From Candidatus Shapirobacteria bacterium (GTDB lineage: Bacteria; Patescibacteriota; Microgenomatia; UBA12405): a stretch of DNA of 64,000 nt. Below the pieces are notes generated by a model. The model worked only from the letters and a program-made list of their open reading frames with translations, was not told where the DNA came from and ran no database searches. The stretch spans positions 13,589-77,588 of the forward strand of contig JBAXAJ010000003.1 of NCBI GenBank assembly GCA_037142555.1, written 5' to 3'. Both the position numbers and the translations under genes were made by a program. This document shows, piece after piece, positions 57,535 to 64,000 of the stretch (the stretch's first letter is position 1; the number at the start of each line of letters is the position of its first letter).

Positions 57535-59271
57535 TTGAAATTAAATAAATTATTACCATATCTAATAATAGCCTTACTTTCAATCCCAGCTTTTTTTGCT
57601 CTATTAAAACCAGGTTACTATAATATGCATGACGACATGCAAATGATTCGTCAACTAGAATTTGAAAAATGTTTAAAAGATGGTCAAATCCCTTGTCGTT
57701 GGACTCCAGACCTAGATTTTGAATATGGTTCTCCACTTTTTAATTTCTACCCACCAATGCCATATATAGTTGGTCAAGCTATCAGGACAACAGGAGTTTC
57801 TTTTGTCAACACAATTAAAGTAACAGCAATAATTCAAATTATATTAGCCGCTACTTTCATGTATTTATTAGCCTCATCAATATTTGGGCCAACAGGAGGA
57901 ATATTATCAGCCCTTTTCTACACTTATGCTCCCTATCACGCTCTAAACATCTATATTCGCGGTGCTATGAATGAAGCTTGGGCAGCAGTCTTCTTTCCAT
58001 TAATCTTTTATTTTTCTAGAAAATTAATATTAGAAAAAAAATATAAATTTGTCTTTGGATTAGCTATTTCTTTTGCTGGATTATTTTTATCCCACAACCC
58101 AATGCTATTAACTTTTGCTCCAATATTAATCATTTGGTGTCTTTTTTGGTTATTAACTACATTTAATAAAAAAAATACTTTAATCCTAAATTTAAAAAAA
58201 CAAATCACACCTATTTTAAAACTGTTGTTTTCAGCCACACTCGCTTTTTGTCTAGCCGCTTTTTTTACCTTGCCTGTACTTATTGAAACTAATTTAATTA
58301 ATGTAAATGAACTATTCACCAACTATTTTTCATTTTCTGGTCATTTTGCTAGTTTATATCAACTATTCATTAGTAATTTCTGGGGAGATGGAGCTTCAAC
58401 TTGGGGAATGAATGATGGAATTTCTTTTATGATCGGTTATATGCACTGGATCATCCCGTCATTAATACTTTTATTTTCCATTTTCCTTCTTATTAGAAAA
58501 AAATCCCTTGATAAAAAAATAATAATTTCGTTATTCGTCCTAATTATGGGTTTATTTGCCACTTTTATGATTCATAATAAATCAACTTTCATATGGCAAA
58601 TATTTAGTCCTATTCAAAAAATTCAATTTCCTTGGCGTTTCCTTAACCATGCAACTTTTTTATTTTCTCTATCTATTGGTGTCCTGCCATTTATTTTTAA
58701 AAAATATTTTAACAAAAAAATAATTACAATAATTACTGCATCAATAATAGTTGTTCTAATTTTAATTAATGTTAACTATTTCAAAGCAACTAAACCATTT
58801 CAATTAACTGATAAAGACAAATTTTCAGGCATAAATTGGGAACAACAAATAAGCGCTGGAATAAGTGATTATCTTCCAAAAACTGCTTCAGCAACTGCTA
58901 AAACAACTGCCAAAGCATACATTGATAATGTAGACCCTAAAAAAGCCTTAGTCGAACTTTCAGGCCAAAAGAAGGGGACTGATTGGATCTTTTTTAATGT
59001 ATCTGTAAGCCAAGATTCAAAAGTCATTATCTCTCAACTAGCTTTTCCAAATTTTGAAATCACCGATAACGGTCAAAAAATAGATTATCAAATAGAACCA
59101 GAACTAGGTCGAATGGTGATCAATTTAAAAACCGGAGATCATCAAATTTATGTTAAATTAAAAGATACTCCAATCAGGACTATTTCTAATTATATTTCCT
59201 TAGTTGCTTGGATTTTTGTATTAGGTTATTTTTCTCTACCTTTATGGAACAAATTGACATTGAAGAAATAA
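57535..59271 (+). CDS. large polytopic membrane protein of the glycan cluster (TTG start)
   Basis: 578 aa, very hydrophobic, with an N-terminal loop HDDMQMIRQLEFEKCLKDGQIPCRW. No confident family assignment. Confidence 0.4.
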   Translation: MKLNKLLPYLIIALLSIPAFFALLKPGYYNMHDDMQMIRQLEFEKCLKDGQIPCRWTPDLDFEYGSPLFNFYPPMPYIVGQAIRTTGVSFVNTIKVTAIIQIILAATFMYLLASSIFGPTGGILSALFYTYAPYHALNIYIRGAMNEAWAAVFFPLIFYFSRKLILEKKYKFVFGLAISFAGLFLSHNPMLLTFAPILIIWCLFWLLTTFNKKNTLILNLKKQITPILKLLFSATLAFCLAAFFTLPVLIETNLINVNELFTNYFSFSGHFASLYQLFISNFWGDGASTWGMNDGISFMIGYMHWIIPSLILLFSIFLLIRKKSLDKKIIISLFVLIMGLFATFMIHNKSTFIWQIFSPIQKIQFPWRFLNHATFLFSLSIGVLPFIFKKYFNKKIITIITASIIVVLILINVNYFKATKPFQLTDKDKFSGINWEQQISAGISDYLPKTASATAKTTAKAYIDNVDPKKALVELSGQKKGTDWIFFNVSVSQDSKVIISQLAFPNFEITDNGQKIDYQIEPELGRMVINLKTGDHQIYVKLKDTPIRTISNYISLVAWIFVLGYFSLPLWNKLTLKK

Positions 59272-60698
59272 AAAGAAAAACAACAAACAGTGTTATGTTT
59301 CTTTCCTTAAGAAATTTTGGGATTCAACTAATTTCTGTCATTGGGTTTTTCCTCTTAACTATTCTATTGGGCACTGGGGAAGTTGGTCTCTTTGCTGTTG
59401 TGGCTGAATCAGTTGGAATTCTTGGTTATTTTTCAGATGTTGGTCTAGCCGCCGCTCTAATCCAAAAAAAAGAACAACCAACCAAATCAGAGTTAAGAAC
59501 TACTTTTGTGATTCAACAACTTTTAGTTATTACTTGTCTGATAGTAATCAGTATTGTTTTCAATAAAATTAGCATAGCTAAAGGCTATGGCTCAAAAGAA
59601 TTATGGATATTCGTTTCTCTATGTTTCTCTTTCTTTGCCGCTTCACTTAAAACTCTACCATCGGTTCTTCTAGAGAGAAAATTAAATTTTAAGTTGATTT
59701 CTACTGTCGATATAATTGAAAACGTCAGTTTCTATCTAATTGCCGTAATCTTCGCTTTCCTAGGCTATGGTGTCTTTTCTTACGCCATTGCTACTTTTGT
59801 CAGAAGTCTTCTTGGGCTAGTAATCATCTATAAAATCAGCCCTTGGCCTATTGGTTTTTCTTTCGACAGAAGTTCAGCCAAAGCCCTTTTCAAATACGGA
59901 ATTCCCTTTCAACTAAATTCTTTCATAGCTGTTGCTAAAGACAGATTATCAAATCTTCTAGTTGCTGGCATAATTGGTCGCGATAGTTTTGGAATTCTGT
60001 CTTGGGCTCAAAAAGGGCCACGAATTCCTTTAAGTTTCATGGATGCCATCATGAGAGTCACTTTCCCAACTTTTTCTAGACTTCAAGAACAAAAAGAAAT
60101 TCTTAAAAAATCTCTAGAAAAAAGTATCTATTTCATTGCTCTCTTTGTTTTTCCAGTCGCCACTGGGATTGCCCTAGTCGCTCCAGACATTATTAATATA
60201 ATCCCAAAATATTCAAAATGGCTCCCAGCGATTTTACCTCTATATTTCTTCACTGCTAATGCAGCAATCGCCTCAATCACTTCACCAATAATTAATGCTT
60301 TTAATGCCATTGGGAAAGTTGGTTTAAGCACTAAATTCATGATTATGTGGACAATATTAACTTGGGCTCTCTTCCCAATTATGAGCATTAAATTTGGATT
60401 CGTTGGAACTTCTGTAGCCACTCTGATAGTTGGATTATCTTCAGTTTTTGTCTGGATCGCCGCTCACAAAATTTTTAAAGTAAACATTTTAAAAACAATT
60501 TTAAATCCACTTTTTGCAACCCTATTAATGATAATCACTGTTCTTATTTTTGAAATGTTTAATTTTAACCAATGGATAATGTTAGCTGGAAAAATCTTAA
60601 TTGCTATTTCAACATATGGACTTTATCACTTTTTCTTTTCTAAAGATGAAATTACTTGGTTTGCAAAACAACTCCCATGGCTAAAAAACAAAAAATAG
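59244..60698 (+). CDS. Wzx-like polysaccharide/oligosaccharide flippase (MOP superfamily)
   Basis: About 12 TM helices arranged like polysaccharide-biosynthesis (Wzx/MurJ-type) proteins. The start is set at an internal ATG. Confidence 0.55.
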   Translation: MEQIDIEEIKRKTTNSVMFLSLRNFGIQLISVIGFFLLTILLGTGEVGLFAVVAESVGILGYFSDVGLAAALIQKKEQPTKSELRTTFVIQQLLVITCLIVISIVFNKISIAKGYGSKELWIFVSLCFSFFAASLKTLPSVLLERKLNFKLISTVDIIENVSFYLIAVIFAFLGYGVFSYAIATFVRSLLGLVIIYKISPWPIGFSFDRSSAKALFKYGIPFQLNSFIAVAKDRLSNLLVAGIIGRDSFGILSWAQKGPRIPLSFMDAIMRVTFPTFSRLQEQKEILKKSLEKSIYFIALFVFPVATGIALVAPDIINIIPKYSKWLPAILPLYFFTANAAIASITSPIINAFNAIGKVGLSTKFMIMWTILTWALFPIMSIKFGFVGTSVATLIVGLSSVFVWIAAHKIFKVNILKTILNPLFATLLMIITVLIFEMFNFNQWIMLAGKILIAISTYGLYHFFFSKDEITWFAKQLPWLKNKK

Positions 60699-62347
60699 TT
60701 TCAATTATATTGATATTATTTTTCACTATATTTCAAATTATTCCAGTAATTAGAAATGGCATTAAATATAATTATGGTATTGGTTTTTGGGGAAGTAATG
60801 GTCATGATGCTATCTGGCACTTAAGTCTTATTAATAATATTCATAATCCGTTTGAAATTAACATGCCTATTTTTTCAGGAGAAAATTTAAAAAATTACCA
60901 TCCTTTTTTCGATATATTGATTTCTTTTTTAACTAATATAACTTATATCTCATCTAGCATCTGGTTATTTCAAATAATCCCAATAATCACAGCTTTTTTA
61001 ACTATTTATATTAGTTTTCTTCTAGGTAAAAAAATAACCAACAAATTTTCCGGTGGAATTTATTTAGCTTTTCTAACTACTTTTGCTAATTCTTTTGGTT
61101 GGATAGTTTCCTTGTTTAAAAATGGCAATTTTAGTGGTGAATCTATGTTTTGGTCAATGCAATCAATTTCAAATCAATTAAATCCACCATATGCACTCTC
61201 TATTTTATTTATTTCTATAATTCTTTTAATTATTTTCAAAAATAAAAAACTTTCAAAAAGTAAATCCTTAATATTAATAGTTTTGCTCTCAATATTACCT
61301 GTCACTAAAGCTTATGGGGCAGTCGCTATCTTTATATTTTTTGGATTATTTTCACTATATTCATTTTTCAAAAAAAATTACACACCTACTATAATTTTGA
61401 TTACCTCTTTAATAATAGGATTTTCATTATTTTCTATTTTTAACACTAGTTCTGATAAATTATTTATATATAAACCATTATGGTTCACTAACACTCTTTT
61501 TGAAGCCCCTGACAGACTGTATTCATCACAAATAACTAATCTTCGCTATACACTTGAAAGTACTGGTCAAATAAGCCCTAAATTGTTATTGATATATTCT
61601 TTTGGAATAATTGTTTTTCTAATTGGAAATTATAGTTGGAGATTATTTGGTTTATTCACATTAAAAGATAAAAACCCTATTTTAAAACAATTATTTTTAA
61701 CAATTATATTAATTACATTAATACCCCTACTCTTTGTCCAAAAAGGCACTTCTTGGAACACTATCCAATTTTTATACTATGGATTATTTCTTTCAAACAT
61801 ATTTTCAGCTTTATTTTTAACAAAAATAGAATCTAAAACATTAGGAAAAATTTTAATAACTATTATTCTTTTAACTTCTTTTATTTCTAGTTTTAGTACT
61901 ATAAAAACATTCTTAAAAAATCCAAGTCATGCTTACATTAGTAACCAAGAACTAGAAGGATTAAAGAAACTATCAACTTTAACAACAGGTAATATTTTGA
62001 CTTTTCCATACGATAAATATAAAAAGAACTCAATTAAATCTGACCCAGTCCCTTTATACATGTATGAAACCACAGCTTATGTTTCTGCTTTTAGTGAAAA
62101 ACCTGTTTATCTAGAAGATGAAATGAATCTAATAATAACTGGATATGATTGGCAATCTAGAAGAAAAGAGGCAGAAAAATTCTTTAATACTGAAGATAAA
62201 TTTTTTGCTCGAGGATTTCTTTTAAATAACAAAATTGACTATATTTATTTAGTTGATGATCAAAGTTTTAAAGTGTCAATTAATGATCTTGGAATTGATA
62301 AAATCTTTGAAAATAGTCAAACTAGAATTTATAAAGTCAGAAGATGA
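60656..62347 (+). CDS. large polytopic membrane protein of the glycan cluster
   Basis: 563 aa with many TM helices and an N-terminal loop GFWGSNGHDAIWHL. Family unassigned. Confidence 0.4.
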   Translation: MVCKTTPMAKKQKIVSIILILFFTIFQIIPVIRNGIKYNYGIGFWGSNGHDAIWHLSLINNIHNPFEINMPIFSGENLKNYHPFFDILISFLTNITYISSSIWLFQIIPIITAFLTIYISFLLGKKITNKFSGGIYLAFLTTFANSFGWIVSLFKNGNFSGESMFWSMQSISNQLNPPYALSILFISIILLIIFKNKKLSKSKSLILIVLLSILPVTKAYGAVAIFIFFGLFSLYSFFKKNYTPTIILITSLIIGFSLFSIFNTSSDKLFIYKPLWFTNTLFEAPDRLYSSQITNLRYTLESTGQISPKLLLIYSFGIIVFLIGNYSWRLFGLFTLKDKNPILKQLFLTIILITLIPLLFVQKGTSWNTIQFLYYGLFLSNIFSALFLTKIESKTLGKILITIILLTSFISSFSTIKTFLKNPSHAYISNQELEGLKKLSTLTTGNILTFPYDKYKKNSIKSDPVPLYMYETTAYVSAFSEKPVYLEDEMNLIITGYDWQSRRKEAEKFFNTEDKFFARGFLLNNKIDYIYLVDDQSFKVSINDLGIDKIFENSQTRIYKVRR

Positions 62348-62366
62348 TAGAATATTACATCTAATT

Positions 62367-63302
62367 ATGAAACATAAACCTCTAATTTCAGTTGTTATTA
62401 ATGTCCGTAATGAAGCTGAAGAGCTAAACAAGTGTTTAAAATCACTCAAAAATTTTGCCGATGAGATTATAGTAGTTGACATGCATTCCACTGATGGCAG
62501 TGACAAAGTAGCTAAAGATGCTGGTGCTAAGGTCTTTAAGTACAAAGCAATGAAATTTGTCGAACCAGCCAGAAATTTTGCCCTTTCAAAAGCCACTGGA
62601 AAATGGATACTTCTACTAGACCCAGATGAATATCTAACTAAATCTCTTAAAAAAGAATTACTCTCCACCACCAAAAGAAATGACACTGATTACGTCAAAA
62701 TTCCTAGAAAAAACATAATTTTTGGTAAATGGATTAAACATTCAAACTGCTGGCCAGATTATTTGATTAGATTTTTTAAAAAAGGGGCTGTAACTTGGAA
62801 AAAAGAAATTCATAGTCAACCAGAAACTAAAGGTAACGGTCTCACTTTCCTTGATTCAGAAAAAATAGCCATCCATCATAATAACTACACCACAGTCTCT
62901 CAATTCATCACTCGTGCAATCAGATATAGCAGTATCCAAGCAGATGAACTTAAAGCTCAAGATTATAAAATCAAAACTAGTGATTTTATTCTTAAACCTG
63001 TCCAAGAATTTAACAGCCGTTTCTTTTTTGCAGAAGGCTACAAAGATGGAATGCATGGTCTAGTTTTTTGTCTTCTTCAAGCTTTTGCAATTGGTCTAAT
63101 TTATATCAGACTTTGGGAAAAGCAAGGAACTCAAGAAAAAACTATCTTAAAAGAATCTTTTGTCTCCGCCAGTCAAGAAACTACTTTTGAATATGACTAT
63201 TGGTTTATAAAATATTTTCAAAAAGAATATTCTCCAAATATATTTAAAATAATTATTATAAAATTAAGACATCTTCTAAATTATTTCACTAAAAATTTTT
63301 AA
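62367..63302 (+). CDS. GT2 glycosyltransferase
   Basis: ISVVINVRNEAEEL and LLLDPDE (a DxD-like motif). The start is set at MKHKPL. Confidence 0.65.
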   Translation: MKHKPLISVVINVRNEAEELNKCLKSLKNFADEIIVVDMHSTDGSDKVAKDAGAKVFKYKAMKFVEPARNFALSKATGKWILLLDPDEYLTKSLKKELLSTTKRNDTDYVKIPRKNIIFGKWIKHSNCWPDYLIRFFKKGAVTWKKEIHSQPETKGNGLTFLDSEKIAIHHNNYTTVSQFITRAIRYSSIQADELKAQDYKIKTSDFILKPVQEFNSRFFFAEGYKDGMHGLVFCLLQAFAIGLIYIRLWEKQGTQEKTILKESFVSASQETTFEYDYWFIKYFQKEYSPNIFKIIIIKLRHLLNYFTKNF

Positions 63303-64000
63303 TGAAAAAAATTGCCATTGTTGTTCTAAATTGGAAACAAGCAAAATTAACAATAGATACTGTCGACTCTTTATTAAAAATTAGTCACAAAAAATTTCAA
63401 TATCAAATCCTAATCATTGATAACGCCTCACCAGATGATTCTGTAGACCAATTTGAAAAAAAATATTCTAACAATAAAAATGTTTCAATTTTTAAAACAA
63501 ACAGTAATCTAGGCTATGCTGGTGGAAACAATTTCGGCATCAAAAAAGCTTTAAATAAATTTAATTATATTTTAATTGCTAATAATGACATCCTAGTTGA
63601 TCCAAAATTTTTGGATAAATTATTTGAAGAAAGTCAAAAAAATTCAAATGCAATTTTAACTCCTAAAATATATTTTGCCCCAGGTTTTGAATATTGGAAA
63701 GATAAATACACTGCCAAAGAAAGAGGTAAAGTAATTTGGGCTATTGGTGGGAAAATAGATTGGAATAATGTTTATGGCAGTAATATCGGTATTGATGAGG
63801 TTGACCATGGTCAATACGATAAGAATCATCCACCAATGGACTTCATCAGTGGTTGTTGTTTTTTAATACCTACAAAAATTCTTAAAAAAATTGGTCTTTT
63901 CGATGAAAAATATTTTCTCTACATGGAAGATGCTGATCTTACTATTAGAGCCAAAAGTGCTGGTTACGAACTAAAATTTGTTCCAGAATCAATCATTTGG
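63303..64000 (+). CDS. GT2 glycosyltransferase, 3'-truncated by the window edge
   Basis: The ATG at 63303 follows the TAA of the previous gene. It reads MKKIAIVVLNWKQAKLTIDTVDSL...IIDNASPDDS...YMEDADL with no stop before nt 64000, so it is absent from the ORF track. Confidence 0.65.

Noticed and set aside
1-64000. Search for rRNA, CRISPR arrays, tmRNA, RNase P RNA, SRP RNA and riboswitches
   Set aside because: No long GC-rich structured non-coding stretch is present, since all intergenic spacers are under 200 bp and AT-rich. No regularly spaced direct repeats with unique spacers were found. The only stable RNA recognised is tRNA-Glu. Covariance-model scans (Infernal/Rfam) would be needed to exclude small ncRNAs.

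Overview
This is an AT-rich, gene-dense 64-kb window (roughly one-third G+C by eye) with short intergenic spacers and frequent 1-4 nt start/stop overlaps. It reads like a reduced-genome bacterium, with a Patescibacteria/CPR-like flavour. Most genes lack a Shine-Dalgarno sequence, the TyrRS is of archaeal type, and there are many GT-C-like membrane proteins. About 80 coding regions are mostly housekeeping. Translation is represented by argS, tyrS, lysS, serS, prfB, typA, obg, era, rlmN, greA and a Dus fragment; DNA repair and uptake by uvrB-uvrA-uvrC, ung and a comM-yraN-dprA operon; proteostasis, secretion and division by lon, secA and ftsE-ftsX plus a coiled-coil peptidase; redox and folding by trxA, an FKBP and a cyclophilin. 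The last ~11 kb is a glycosylation cluster in which GT2 enzymes are paired with GT-C membrane transferases and joined by a Wzx-like flippase. One tRNA gene is present (tRNA-Glu, anticodon CUC, minus strand, 18053-18124). I found no rRNA, CRISPR array, transposase or integrase. prfB is a single unshifted ORF, which implies UGA is a stop codon (standard code). The most unusual structure is the 16.3-18.5 kb neighbourhood. It contains two imperfect ~48-bp direct repeats that exactly bracket an EamA transporter gene, a CYTH-domain gene, a small GIY-YIG nuclease gene ending inside tRNA-Glu, and a second copy of the first 24 nt of that tRNA interrupted by a 52-nt insert with two hairpins. Other points of interest are a two-gene cassette with strong Shine-Dalgarno sites and atypical codon usage (13954-14665); two copies of a GC-rich ~26-nt palindrome inside adjacent coding regions (argS and a tRNA-binding protein); a sortase gene whose only candidate substrate in the window (C-terminal VPKTG sorting signal) lies 21 kb away; an FtsEX-linked coiled-coil protein carrying a C39-like cysteine-peptidase domain; and several small unknown gene pairs. 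All functional calls rest on motif-level recognition of the translated ORFs. No database search was possible.
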